64,000 nt of DNA, taken from NCBI GenBank assembly GCA_028534125.1, contig CM052817.1, positions 103,108,001 through 103,172,000 of the forward strand, in the 5' to 3' direction. The notes under the pieces were generated by a model, which saw only the letters and a list, made by a program, of their open reading frames with translations, did not search any database and was not told where the DNA came from. Shown piece by piece: positions 14,351 to 28,472 of the stretch. This DNA comes from Lama glama (lineage: Eukaryota). The number at the start of each line of letters is the position of its first letter. Position 1 is the first letter of the stretch. Position numbers and translations under genes: made by a program.

Positions 14351-14519
14351 TTTTTTTTTGACATGTTTCCATCATCCTTTGAGCATTTTCTTATTTTCTG
14401 GCCAATTTTCAAATGGGTGATTCACACTCTTTTGCTTCAGCTCTTTTTTGTCTTGCAACTGCCCTGGTTTGGGTGCTTACTACTTCTCACTTGGACTTTA
14501 ACACAACCTCCTAGAATGT

Positions 14520-14740
14520 CCTTATTTTTAGGATTCACATGTTGAAGTATTTGGAAGTGACAAGGCATGATGGCTACAACCTACCTTCAAATGGTTCAGG
14601 AGGGAAAAATACATAAACCAAATGTGGCAAAATGTCAACAATTGAATCTAGAGGCTGAGCATACAGGTTTTCATTGTACTGTTCTTTCAACTTTTCTGTG
14701 TGTTTGAAATTTTTTTACAGTAAAATAAGGAGGAAAAAAA
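14520..14740 (+). mobile_element. Ancient L1 (L1ME-like) 3' end
   Basis: aaatgtggcaaaatgtcaacaattgaatctagagg...ttcattgtactgttctttcaacttttctgtgtgtttgaaattttt followed by an A-rich tail. Confidence 0.65.
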
Positions 14741-14884
14741 TACTCCCTAATGAATTCAACCTATTCATCCTCTCTGCAAAGCAACCAGCATTATCTTCTT
14801 TACATCAGTGATAAATAAGCATGTCACTCTCCTGCTCAGAAACCAGGAGCTCCCCACCTCACCTCATGGCATTGGAGGTGTTAA

Positions 14885-15125
14885 TTACACTGATGAAAAA
14901 CATGGACCCTGCAGTCAAATCATGGACACTGACTCAAGTCCCAGACTTACTACTTATTATCTTGTGATCCTGGACATGTTTCTTAACCTCCCTGTGCCTC
15001 AGCTTTCACACATGGGATCGAGGATAATAATAATGGTACTTACCTCAAATTGTCATAAGGGTTAAATGGGCAAACACACATAACACACACAAAATAGTAG
15101 CATATAGTTATGCTACATCAGCGGT
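14885..15125 (+). mobile_element. MIR SINE
   Basis: MIR core: cttgtgatcctggacatgtttcttaacctccctgtgcctcagctttcacacatgggatcgaggataataataatggtacttacctca. Confidence 0.75.
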
Positions 15126-16121
15126 AGCTCTCTGTAGGTCCAAGTACTTCCTTTCACATTATTATTTTTAAAAGATTATGGAGTTAAAAGCCTTTAGGAA
15201 ATGCCAGTTTAAATTAAGTAAAGCAAAGGTCTTTACTATAGGAATTCTCATTACAATATTAAATATTGTAAGGCCTGTAATGAATCTTCAGATATGTAAA
15301 TCTTACACTCAGTTCATCTCATGAGGCCAGCACTTTGCAGATCTGACTTCGGGAACTGCTGAAGCAGAAAATAAAATCTAAATTCCTTCCTTCACTTGAT
15401 TTTGAACGATGTCCATGATAAGACTCTACCCACCTGTCAGACTCTCAGTCTCTGCTTTCACTTACTCTACTCTTCAGCCAAACTTCAACCCCTCCTACCT
15501 CCCAATGTGCCCTTAATTCCCCCATAAGTGCGTGGCTCTCTGTCTGCAGAGATTTTCCTCCCATCTCCACCCATCAAAACCAGCTCAGGTGGTGATGCCT
15601 TTTCAAAGACCATCCAGAAGCTCCCAGGTAAAGTTAATTTTCTATCCTTACCCTTGCTAAGTATTTTATTTGAAAGACTATAAAATGCCATAAAAATAAA
15701 TGAAATTTTGTCATATGTTATAGAGTTTTAGTTTTAGTTTTCTGAAATAATTTAATGGGATTATTTTTAACTATGTAAGGAGGAAAGCACATTCAAGACA
15801 CAGAGGAAAATCCTTCTCCACCACTGATCTTAACCTGTCCCCTAAAAGTATTTATTAATTCCTTGAGACACAAACTGGTAGTATTGTATTATAAACTGAG
15901 TGTATCTTCTTCCATAGAAAACTGTACATTCCTAGATGGTAGAATTGAATCTCGTCAATTTTATTTCTCTCATAATAGTTAATAGAGTTCAATAAACATG
16001 GTATACACTACATAAATACATGGGGAGTTATTAACTTTAAAAAATCAGTGCTCACAACAACTTTGATTCAGAATAGGGAAAAAAGAAAAGAAAAAGTAAT
16101 TTCAAAAATAATAGCTATTTT

Positions 16122-18278
16122 GGAGAAGTTGCCAAAATGGCAAGGTAGGAAGACCCTGATCTCACACCTTTCTGAAGGAACACCAAAGTTCCAACTATTT
16201 ACAGAGCAAGTATCAATGAGAATGACCTGAGATTAGTAGAATAGATTTTCCACAGCAAAAGACATAAGGAAGGAACCACAGCTAGATGGGTAGGAAAGGC
16301 AGAGACTCAGTCTAGTCAAGACTCCCACCCCTGGTCCATGACCCACAAGCAGGAAGATAATCCCAACCGCAGAGGTCCTCCCTAGGGAGTGACGGATCCA
16401 AGCCCCACATCAGGGTCACAGCCCAGCGTTGTGCACCAGGGAGACAAGTCTCCAGAACATCTGGCCTTGACGGTCAGTGGGGCTTGCATATGGGAGAGAT
16501 CGAGGGCTGTAGGAATCAGAGACTCTGCTCTTAAAAGACACACTCAAAATCTCACATACACCAAGTCCCAGTGCACAGGCAGTAATTAGGAAGGAGCCTG
16601 GGTCAGATTCACTTGCTGATCTTGGAGAGCCTTCAGGAGGAGCAGGAGGAAACTGGGACTCCCCTCTGGTGACATAGACACTGGTGGCAGCCATTTTAGT
16701 GAGCTTGTTCTACCATGAGATCACTGGTGCTGGCAAGCACCAATTTAGTGTCCTTCTTCTGACTTCTTAGTGCCAGAGGCTTCCTCTTGCACAATGAGGT
16801 CAGCACCAGCCCAGGGAACCAGCCCCTCATACCAATAAGCTGGCACCAGCCCCAGGCTCCCCTGCCCCCCACAACTAGCTGCCTCAGGTTTCAGCCCCAC
16901 GCATCAGGGGACCAGCAGCCAACCAGGCCAACCAAGCCAAAGGCCAGCCCCCACTACCAGCATTACCACAGTAGCACCACCACAACAGCAGGGCCCACAC
17001 AGCCCACAGAGGGGCTCTGGTGACAAAAGGGGAGGGTGCTGCTGGGCTCTGTAGGGCACCTTCTACATAAGATCAATTCTCCAACATCAGGAAATTTACC
17101 TAACTTACGAAAATAGACACAGAGGATTAGGCAAAATGGAGAGACAAAGAAATATGTTTAAATGATGGCATAAAACAAAACCTTATAGGAAGAACTAAAC
17201 AAAGTGGAGATGAGTAATCTACTAAATAAAGGTAATGATCTCAAAGATGCTCAGTGAACTCCAGAGAAGAAAGAATGAACATAGAGAAAATTTCAAAAAA
17301 GACTTAGAAAATATAATGAAGTATCAAACAGAGTTGAAGAATACAATAACTGAAATAAAAGAAATAACACTGGGAGAAATCAAAAGTAGATTAGATGATA
17401 CAGAGGAATGTATCAGCAAACTGGAAGATAGAGTAGTGAAAATCACACAAGCTGAACAGAAATAAGGAAAAAAAGATTTTAAAATGAGAATAGTTTAAGA
17501 GACTTATGGAACAACACTGAGCATACCAGCATTCACATTATAGGAGTCCTAGAAGGAGGAAAGATAGAGAAAAGGCGGCAGAGAATTTAGTTGAAGAAAT
17601 AATAGCTGAAAACTTCCCTAAAATCTGGGAAAGGAAATGTACATCCAGTTCTAGGAAGCACAGAGAGTTCCAAACAGATAATCCCAAAGAGGTGCACATC
17701 AAGACACATTATATTTAAAATGGAAAAAATTAATAACGGAGAACCTTAAAAGCAGCAAGAAGAAACAACTAATTACCTGCAAAGGAACTCCCATAAGAAT
17801 GTCAGCTCACTTCAGAAGAAACTTTGCAAGCTGGGGGAGTGGCAAGACATATTCAATGTGTTGAAAGTGAAAAATAAATTTCTAAAACAAAAGTACTCTA
17901 TCCAGCAAGGCTACCATAAAGAATTTACAGACAAGCAAAAGCTAAAAGAGTTCAGCACCACAAAACCAACTTTACAACAAATATTAAAGGAACTTCTCTA
18001 AACAGAAAAGAGCATAACTAGAAACATAAAATTTACAAAAGGAAAAAAATCTCATTGGTAAAGCTAATCATAGAGTAAAGGTAACAGACCAACCACTTAT
18101 AAAGCTAATAGGAAGGTTAAAGGGCAAAAATAGTAAAATCATCTATATCCACCATAAGAAGTTAAGGTCTATGCAAAACAAAAAGATAAAAAACATGGCA
18201 TAAAAAACACTAAACACGGGAAGGAGTAAAAATACAAGATTATCTGAATTTAAATTATCAACTTAAAATGATCACATT

Positions 18279-18320
<42 letters not shown>

Positions 18321-20683
18321 TATATACACAAATATATGTGTATATATATGGTTATATATGAACCTCAAGGTAACCACAAATTAAAATCTATCATAAATAC
18401 ACACAGAACAAAGTAAAAAGAAGCCTAACATCACACTAAAGATGGTCATCAAATCACAAGGAAAGAAAAGAGAAGAAGAAAAGAGAGAAAAAAACCTAAA
18501 AAAAAAATTAATAAAATGACAATAACTATGTGCTATCAATAATTAATTTAAATGCAAATGGGCTAATCCTTCATTGGAAAGACATAGAATGGCTGAATGG
18601 ATTAAAAAAAAAAAAAAAGACCTTTCTGTAGGCTGCCCACAAGAGACTCTCTTCAGATCTAAAGACCCACAGACTGAGAGTGAGGGAGTGAAAAAGGGTA
18701 TTCAAATGCAAAAGAAAGTTTAAAAAAAGCTAGAGTAACAATATTTAGACAAAATAGACTTTAAAAGAAAGGCTTAACAAAAGACAAAGGATATTACATA
18801 ATGATAAAGGATTCAATCCAACAAGAAGATAATAGCAATTGTAAATATATACATATCCAGCATAGGAGCACCTAAATACATAAAACAAATATTAGCAACC
18901 ATAAAAGGAGGAATTAACAGTAACACAATAACAGCAGGAAACCTTGACACCTCACTTACATAAATATATAGATCTTCCACAGAAAGTTAATAAGGAAGCA
19001 CTGGCCTTAAACAACACATTATGCCAGATAACTTTAATAGCTCTTCACAGAACACTCCAGCCAAAAGCAGTAGAATACATGTTCTTTTCAAATGCACATG
19101 GAATATTCTCCAAGATAGATCACATGCTAGGCCACAAAAACGTCTCACTAAATTTAAGAAGATTGAAATCATATCACTAATTTTTCCAACTATAAGGTAT
19201 GAGACTAGAAATCAACTGCAAGAAAAAAACATTGCAAAAGCACAAGCATGTGGAGGCCAAACAATATGCTATGAAACAACTAAAGGGTCACTGAAGAAAT
19301 CAAAAAATACCTGGAGGAAAATTAAAATGGAAACACAACAATTGAAAATGTATGGAATGCAGCAAAAACAGGGAAGGGAAGTTTATGGCAATAAAAGTCT
19401 ATCTCAGGAAATAATAAAAATCCCAAGTAAACAATCTAATCTTATACCTAGAGAAACTAGAACAAGAAGAAAAAACAAAACCCAAAGTTAGTATGAGAAA
19501 AGAAATAACAAATATGAGAACAGAAATAATTGCAATATAGACTAAAAAGAAGTAAACAGAAAAGATTAACTAAAAACGGGTTCTTTGAAAAGATAAACAA
19601 AAATAGAACTTCAGCTAGATTTACCAAGAAAAAAAAGAGAGTGGTCACAAATAAATAAAATCATAAATGAAAGAAGAGAAGTTACAACCAACACCACAGA
19701 AATATGATGAGGTTACTATTAATAAGAGGAACAATTTATATGTCAATACAATACACAACCTAGAATAGATAAATATCTAGAAATGTACACTCTCCTGTGA
19801 CTGAATCAGGAAGATACAAAATTTGGACAGAACAATCTCCAGAAAAACAATCGAATCATGAATTTTAAAAACCCATAACAAACCAAAGTCCAGGACAAGA
19901 CAGCTTCAGAGGTGAATTCTGCCAACATTCAGAGTTGACACCTATCTTCTCAAATTGTTACAAAAAATTGAAGAGGATGTAATGCATCTGAACTCATTCT
20001 ATGAGGCCAACATCACCCTGATACCAAAATCAGACTAAGACACCACAAAAAAAAAAAAAAAAGAAAATTACAGGCCAATATTACTGCTGAACAAAGACGC
20101 AAAATTCCTCAACAAAATATTAGTAAACTGAATTCAACAACACATTTAAAGAATCATACACCATGATCAAGTGGAATTTATCCCAGGGATGCAAAAATGG
20201 TTCAGCATTTACAAATCAATCAACGTGACACACCACATTAACAAGTTAAAAAATAAAAATCACATGATAATCTCAATAGATAAAGAAAACATTTTAGAAA
20301 ATATTAAACAAAAATAGGAACATAAGTCAATAGAATAGAACAGAAAGCCTAAAAAGAAACCCACATTTATATGGTCAGTTAATCTGCAACAAAGGAAGCA
20401 AGTATATACAATGGGGAAAGGACATCCTCTTCAGTAATGGTGTTCAGGAAACTGGACAGCTACATGCAATAGAATCCAACTGGCCTACTTTCTCACACCA
20501 TATACAAAAACAAATTCAAAATTGATTACTTAACTGTAATATATGAAACTATTAAAACTCCTAAATAAAAACATAGATAGTACACTTTTGACATCGGTCT
20601 TAGCCATTTTTTTTTTGATCTGTCTCCTCAGACAAGTGCAACAAAAGCAAAAATAAACAAATGGGACTACATCAAACTAGAAA
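16122..20683 (+). mobile_element. LINE-1 with 5' UTR, ORF1 and ORF2 (EN/RT), decayed and internally deleted
   Basis: 5' UTR from ccaaaatggc; ORF1 coiled-coil remnant (ORF 17235-17465 ...IKSRLDDTEECISKLEDRVVKITQAEQK); ORF2 EN remnant (FSKIDHMLGHK) and RT motifs; many frameshifts. Confidence 0.93.
18279..18350. repeat. (TA)n microsatellite within the L1 inter-ORF region
   Basis: Interrupted TA run. Confidence 0.9.
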
Positions 20684-22962
20684 GTTTCCTCAGGATTGCT
20701 TTACCACTTCTAGGTGTTTTGTGGTTCTATATAAATTTTAGGATTATTTGTTCTAGTTCTGTGAAAAATATCAAAATGTATTTTGATAGGGATCACATCA
20801 AATCTGTAGATTATTTTGGGCAGTATGGCCATTTTAACAATATTAATTCTTCCAATCCAAGAGCATGGGATATCTTCCCATTTCTTTGAATCGCCTTCCA
20901 TTTCCTTAATCAATGTTTTGTAGTTCTTAATATAGATATATGTTCCATATTTTTGAACAGGTTTATTCCTATATATTGTATTTTTAACCCAATTTTAAAT
21001 AGGATTGCATCTTTACTTTCTCTTTCTGACATTTCATTGTTAATGTAAATAAATGCAACAGATTTCAGTGTATTTCTCTTGTATACTGCTACCTTGCTGA
21101 ATTCATTTATTAGTTCTAATAGCTTTTGTGTGGAGTCTTTAGGGTTTTCCGTATACAGTATCATCTCATCTGCAAGTAATGACAATTTTACTTCTTCCCT
21201 TCCATTTTGGATACCTTTTATTTCTTTTTCTTATCTGATTGCTGTGGCTAAGACTTCCAATACTGTGTCGAATAGAAGTGGTGAGAGTGGGCATCCTCGT
21301 CTTGAATTTAGTGGGAAGTTTTTCAGCTTTTCACCACGAGTATTACATTGGCTGTAGGTTTGTCGTAAATGACTTTTATTATATTGAGATACATTCTCTC
21401 TATATCCACTTTGGTGAGAGCTTTTATCATGAATGGATGTTGAATTTTATCAAATGCTTCTTCTGTTTTCTGTTTCTATTCATATGATTATATAGTCTTT
21501 GTCTTTTCTTTTGTTAATGTGATGTATCACATTGGTTGATTTGTGTATGTTGAACCATCTTTACAACAAAGGAAGCAAGAATATACAATGGAGAGAAGAC
21601 AGTATCTTCAGCATGTGAGGCTGGGAAAACTTGACAGCTACATGTAAATCAAGAAAACTAGAACACTCCCTCACTCCATATACAAAAATAAACTCAAAAT
21701 GATTTAAAGGCCTTAATATAAGATATGTCATCATAAACTCCTAGAAGAGAAGATAGACAAAACATTCTCAGACATAAATCATAGCAATATTTTCTTATAT
21801 CAGTCTCCCAAGGCATTAAATACATACATACATACATACATACATACATACAAAAATAAGTGGGACCTAATCAAACTTAAAAGCCTTTTCACAGCAAAAA
21901 AAATCATTAACAAAACAATAAGACAACTTACAGAATAGGAGAAAATATCTGCAAATGATGCAACCAACAAGAGGTTAATATCCAAAATATACAAACAGCT
22001 CATACAGTTCAATATCAAAAATAATAATAATAATCAAAAAATGGTCAGAACACCTAAACAGACATTTCTCCAATGAAGACATACAGATGGCCAACAGACA
22101 TGTGAAAAGATGCTCAACATAGCTACTTATCAGAGAAATGCAACTCAAAACCACAATAAGGAATCACCTCACACCTATCATCAAAAAGTCTATGAATTGC
22201 TTATTTATTATAAGAGTCTGTGGAGAAAGTAGAACTCTCCTACACTGTTGGTGAAATGTGTATTGGTTCAGCCACTATGGAAAACAGTATAGTTTCCTTA
22301 AAAACCTAGAAAATAGATTTACCTTATGATCCAGCATGCCCACTCCTGAGCATATATCCAGAAAAGATGAAAGATATAATCTGTAAAGATCCACACACCT
22401 CAATGATATTAGTAGCTCTATTTACAATAGCCAAGACATGGAAGCAACCAAAGTGCCCATCAACAGGTGATTGGTTTAAGAAGGTATGGTATAAAATATT
22501 ACTCAGCCATAAAAAAGAATGAAATATTGCCATTGGCAGCAACATGGGTGGACCTAGAGAAAATCATACTAAATGAAGTAAGTCAGACAGAGAAAGACAA
22601 ATATTATATGATATCACTTATATGTGGAGTCAGTGTGTCATCTTAAAAATGATACAAATGAATCTATATACAAAACAGAAACAGACTCACAGACATAGAA
22701 AACAAACTTATGGTTACCAAAGGGGGAAGGAGGGGGAGAGGAGGGATAAATTAGGAACACAAAATCAACAAATACAAACTACTATACATAAAATAGACAA
22801 GTAGTAAGGGTTTACTATATAACACAAGGAACTACATTCAGTATCTTATAATAACTTACCATGAGAAATAATGTGAATATACATATATATATAACGAATC
22901 AGTTTGCTATACACCTAAAACTAACACAGTATTATGAATCAACTGTGTTGTGATTTAAAAAG
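20684..22962 (+). mobile_element. 5'-inverted (twin-primed) LINE-1: inverted ORF2 piece 20684-~21562, then forward ORF2 end, 3' UTR and A tail
   Basis: Minus-strand RT ORFs ([52 protein letters not shown]) directly joined to plus-strand L1 3' sequence. Confidence 0.88.
21820..21851. repeat. (TACA)n microsatellite
   Basis: About 8 ATAC units. Confidence 0.9.
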
Positions 22963-23928
22963 AACCTTTTCTGCTCCTCCCTTTGAATACTACAAATTAA
23001 ATAAAGATAGGAACTCTATAAACAAAACAAATATTTTTATTTCATTTTATTAATTGGCAATAGACACGGTGCAGGAATCAGAACTTCCTAGAGGGAAAGT
23101 AGATGTCATTTGGGCAGAAGATCAGGCCCTAGTTGGCGTGAATTCCAGTGGGAAATGGCAGTCAGGTATGCTCAGATTCTGACCACCTGGAACTATAGAA
23201 AGCTTCTAAGTTTGATTTGTGTTGGCGCAATTTTGGTCAAAAAGGGAACATGCACATAGTGACTTGGATGTACTCAAAAGTGTGGCCTTTTTGGACCCCA
23301 CACCATGTAATTCTAGAGGAAAATGTGAGCAGAGTAATGCTCCCCTTGGCCCTAGAGCTGTTTCTTGGAAACCAGCCTGGAGAACACACGGAGTTAACCA
23401 ATATGTATCTACCTATAATTTCTCATCTCACAGGCAATAAGCAGTCTGATATTTTGCATGAGAACCTGTATAGAAAACAAGATGCTCTACCAAATATTAG
23501 TGCCTCAGTAAGTTCTGTAAGCTTTAAGCACTGGCAGTGCTTCTGAAGCAAAGAAAAACAGCTAAATAGTGTACAGATGACACTTCACTCCCATATTTAG
23601 TGACATTAGCAGAGCCCACTTTAACCCATGCCTAGAGGACTTAAGAGTTGTGGCTTTTGGCTAGTTTCAGAAGGGAGCTAAAGGCTAAAGAAAGTAATAA
23701 CATAAAAGTGTAATAGACCTGTAGAGAGTGGGTGACAAGCCAATCTTTCTGGAACACAAAGTCAGTGAAGGGTCCCACTGCCATTTTTCAGTGCTACTGT
23801 GCCTTTTAAACACCTGGACCATCTGTGTGTTTGAGATGGAGAAGGAAGGGCCTGGCTCAGCGTCTCCAGCACCGTCAGGCTAACGATGTCTTAAAGGTCT
23901 CACTGTGTTTAGAAACCTAGTTGGAGCA

Positions 23929-24058
23929 GGGAGGGTAGAGCTCAGTGGCAAAGTGCGTGCCTAGCATGCATGAGGTCCTGGATTGAATCCCCAGTACCTA
24001 CAGTAAAAAAAATAAACAAATAAACCTAATTACTGCCCCCAAAAAAACAAATAAAAAA
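23929..24058 (+). mobile_element. tRNA-derived SINE resembling camelid Vic-1
   Basis: gggagggtagagctcagtggcaaagtgcgtgcctagcatgcatgaggtcctggattgaatccccagtacc has a Pol III A box (~23938-23948) and degenerate B box (23980-23990), followed by aaataaacctaattactgccccc and an A-rich tail. Confidence 0.85.
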
Positions 24059-25479
24059 TTTTTTTTAATTTAGAAATCCCAGTGGATATGGAAAAATTAC
24101 CCATTGATTTTGAAAGGTTTCAAAGGTTTTGAAATCTTCACAGAAGCAAATTTGAAAACATAATTGCCTTGTTTTCTGCAGAAAAAAAAAGGAGGGAGGG
24201 GGAGTGCATTTGTCTGTACTATCATTTGAAATTACAAGTACGATCTCATGTGGTTTTCTTCTTCCTACTCCTCGAAGGGGACTTGCTGTGGTAGAGCCGT
24301 CAGTTATGAGCGGTGTGCTTCAGACGTGATCTGCTGAAAGCAAACAGGATGTGCTGTAGCAGAAAGCTGGAACAGTGATTTGAAGAACTTGAAACATGAC
24401 AACTTCTTTCAAATCATGGATCTGCCTCTCACTAGGTTTGTGCCCTTAGTTAAGACTCTAAGCCTCAATTTCCTGATCTACAAAATAGGGTAAATTCCAC
24501 CTCCCATACAAGATGGTAAAGATAAAAAAAAAACAAAAAAGATAATAGATGTGCAATGCTTTACTTGTAGTCAGTTCTCAATATCTGGCATTCTTTTACA
24601 GTCTCCCTAATTAAAAGTTCAGGTAAAGCCATAGTAAGTGGTAAACAGGTGTTTTATTATCCAATATGGTCTGTTTTTCTCAACCAGAAATATATCTGAC
24701 TGCTTCCGTATTCTTCATCTTAAAAATGAATTCTACGGTGATTCACAGCAATAAAAAGTGTAATTACCTCCTGCTGTTGAAGCCTTACTATCATCCAAGC
24801 ACTTTGAGTAACATCATACTCTCATCTGATCCTCGTGGCAAAACCAGCTTTATGTCTGTTTCACTGAACACCAAGCTAAAGCACAAAAAGCTTAAACAAC
24901 CGGCTTGAAATTACACAGCCTGAAAGTGGCAGCCCCGGAACTCAGCCCCAAGCAGCCTGGGGCAATGTGTGCTGTCACCTCTCAGTGACAACTGCCTTCA
25001 GACCTCCATTGCTACCACACATACACGTCACAGGGTCATTTTCAATGATAAAGATCACACCTCATTTTTATATGAGATTCTTTAGGAAATATTTTAGGAT
25101 TCCACCTACTTCAGTACTGCACTGAAAGTTCATAGATCTGTTAGAGGAAAGCTACCTTCTCACCCCAAGACTCCTGTCTGGTATCTAATGAAGTCTCCAT
25201 CATTAGACTGTTCCCTCATTTTTCACTCTGTCAGTAGATTAGCTGATTAGTGATGCCACTGAGAGGAGAGAGTTCCTACCACTCTCTGTTCAACTAACTT
25301 CTGCAGCCTTCAGATCCCTCCTGGAACGTCTTCTTCAGAGATTTCCATTCCCCCTCACACACCCCTAAGTCACTCACTCACCCAGCTTGTAGCTTTCAAT
25401 ACCATGACATGGTAATAAAGTCAATTCCCAAATTTGTACCTTCAACACAGACCTAGAGAAACAAGGCATCAATCTCTGA

Positions 25480-26260
25480 ATGACTAACAGACATGTCAAT
25501 CATGACACGTTCTAAACTGATCTCCTGGTCTTTGACCCCAGAACCTGCTCCCTCAGGTTCCTCATCTCAATTAATGGCTCCTCTGCACTTCAGTTGGTCA
25601 GCCCAAATGTTTGTCAGTCAACCATGCTGCCTCTCTTTAGCTCTTAAAAAAAGTCCCATCCAATCCATTAGGAAATTCTGTTGCTGTACCTTCAAAATCC
25701 AGTCTGTATTTTACCATTTCTCAATACCTCTTACTACTACCACCCAGGTCCAAGCTACTAGTATCTTCTCCTGGATTTCTGGTCTCCTGGCTTCCTTCTT
25801 TGACTCCTTAAAACATTTTTATCACAACAGTCAGAGCGATCCTCTTGAAAATAAAATGAGATCTCATCTCTGTAAAGAAGCCATGACTCCCGGACTCCAG
25901 TCCAAGTTGACATTTCAATGGCCAACAAGGCCCTGCATGACCTGTCACTCACTATCTCCCTGACAAGTCCCCTAAATCTCCCTTCATTCGCTCCAGCCAC
26001 GTTGGCCTCTGTGCAATTCCTCGAACTCACCAGATGTGTTCCTGCTCCAGGGCTTTGCACTTGCTACTCTCTGCCTACGGCTCTTTTTCCCATTTCTTTT
26101 GAGTTTTCAAGCACATGTCAGCCTCCCAGTAAGGCCCTCTTTTGACTGCACCTCTGTCCTTCCACTGCTTGATATTTCTCCACAGCGCTTACCTTCCAAT
26201 ATGCTATCAAATTAGCTTACTTTGTCTGTTGTCTATGTCCCTAAACAACAACAAAGTTCC
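25480..26260 (+). mobile_element. L2 LINE remnant
   Basis: Pyrimidine-rich L2-like motifs (ccacccaggtccaagctac; acagtcagagcgatcctc; ggccaacaaggccctgcatgacctg; ccagggctttgcacttgct). Confidence 0.6.
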
Positions 26261-26778
26261 ATATGGACTCCTTTCTTCCAAGGCTTGCTTATCTAGGAGG
26301 TACCAAAACTTCTTCAGGGACTAAGAAAGAAGAATCTTACAAGATTAGTTCAGTGTATTCTAAATAGAAAAACCGAGTTACAAGCCTGGATTGTCTGAAG
26401 GCTGAAAGAAGAGAAGTTAGATAAGCTTTCACTCTTGAGAGCAATCTGATTTTTCATTTTTATTATTAAAAAAATAGATGTCCTTTTTTTTTTTACTCTT
26501 AGTACACAATTAACGCCTCTCAATAGAGTTTTCTTCAAACTGTGATAGCATATATCAAACTTGCTTTGGATTTGGAAGTATTTTCCTAGCTTTTTCATTG
26601 GTGTTACATTGCCATCTAGTGACCTCAAACTGTATGGCTCATGCACAAGTCAAAGGTGAGTGACAATGAGTGACAATGACACCCTCACAGACACTGAACC
26701 TGCTTGGGTCCTGATCTTTGACTTCCATCCTCCAGAATGTGAGACGGAAGTGCCTGGTGGGGGAAGAGGGTCTGTTTC

Positions 26779-27327
26779 TGTTAGGTGGTTAGATAAGTGG
26801 GGGCACCGGGCAGACAGGCGGAAGAGAGAGGGTGGTCCAGAAGATGGTGTTATGCCCACTTTCAGCATAAAGGGCTTTACTTCCTCTAAATGAGTGCCAG
26901 CAAGAAACCTGTTAGAACCCAGCAGCCGCAGCTGCGCGGTAGCAAGAAACACTTAACAGGACATGATCCAGTGCTCATTGCAATATAATTTGCATTGTGG
27001 TTTAGGCTCCCCCATGGGTTTTTCTGTGTGTATCATGGGTACAGACATGCATAAAAGGGACAAATATGACCAAGCACGCTTGGGGCAAGAACCGTCAATC
27101 AATCAAAAGGCCACCTCTAAGGGAGGGTGTAAGAGAAAAGGCAAAGAAACACCACTGCTTTTCCTTCCCTTGAATCAGCCTGCTTCCCATTCTTGGAGGT
27201 GCGCTTTTCTTTCCTAAATAAATTCTTTATAATCTTTTGCTACACAGCGCACCATCTCCTGTCTGTAGTCTTATCTTTTGGGTAAGACAAGAACTGGCGT
27301 CTTTTCCCTTTCCCTTTTGGGGAAACA
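26779..27327 (+). mobile_element. Solo ERV LTR, family X copy 1 (549 bp)
   Basis: TG...CA termini (tgttaggtggttagataag...ggggaaaca), perfect 4-bp TSD TTTC, AATAAA at 27217-27222. Confidence 0.92.
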
Positions 27328-28472
27328 TTTCTAGCCAGAGGAATCTACAGTCCCAAGTGTCCCCATATGGGAAAGAGCCTGCCATGTTCTAGGAGGTGAT
27401 AGGATAGAGTGGCTTCAGTGGAACAAAGCAGAAGAAGAATGACTAGAGATGGAACCTGATCACGTGGAGGGTCTCCAGTGCCTTGTATAACAAGGCAGGG
27501 TGTTGAGCAGAACAGGAACTTAAGTTCTGAACTTCCTGACCCCTTAGCCTCTCTCTACTTGTCTGGGATAACTGCCAACTTGTGTAGAGCTTTGCACTCT
27601 CTAGAACACTTCCATGTTCCAAGTGTTTGAGAGCTCTGAAACTCGACGGCTGACCTGCAGGACTCCAGTCTCTCCTCCTCTGTCTAAAATCACTACTTTG
27701 CTGCTGAAGCCCAAGTCCTGGCAAGAGGAATGGGCTAAGGTGCCTTCCAACTCTGAGTGAGTCAAATGCTTGGCTTATTAAGGTCAGGGTGACAGGGACT
27801 TTACAGACCCACACAGCTGCTTCTGCATGATGTTTTCTGTTCCCTGTCCCCAACACACCTTGTGACCAGAATTTCTGTAACCAAAGCACTCTGCATCAAT
27901 GTTTACCATAAATGATGCAGTTAAAGGTCATCTTTATCTCCCCCTTTCCTGTATTTATCCATAAGGTAATAATGAAGCCTACAGGGCAAAGACATGGAGA
28001 ATGCTAGTCATTAGAGGCAGGCACACATCTGTGAAGGGGACTTATTAACATAAGCTCTACCCTGGAGGGAAGAATGCAAGCTGTCTACAAAGCACACACT
28101 GAAGGGATTCCCTCAACCTCTGATCTTCTTAGGTACAGAAGGAAATACCATCAAATATTTTAAGCCCTAATGAATGCTTCCAAGCACTTGTCGCCAGATT
28201 GTGGTCTCTGCAGACCTGTGTGTTGTGATCTCTGCGCCTGAGCTCTGGTACTTTTCCCACCCCTCAGGTCTTGCTTTTAACCTTCCAAGCTCACTTTTGA
28301 CTCTGCTGCGTTTCTAATTGTGCTTTCAAGTGTGCTGCCTCTGCTGTAGCCTAAGCTATGATATATCATACTTTCTGATGCCTAATAATAATCTGAGGCT
28401 TGAGTTCTGACTTTATTAAATGGTTTGCTTTCATTCTGTTCAGGAAATACCTGTGTGCAAATGCCATGGTAA

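Noticed and set aside
23929..24000. tRNA gene
   Set aside because: Degenerate B box, poor stem pairing, and a SINE-type tail instead of a T-run terminator.
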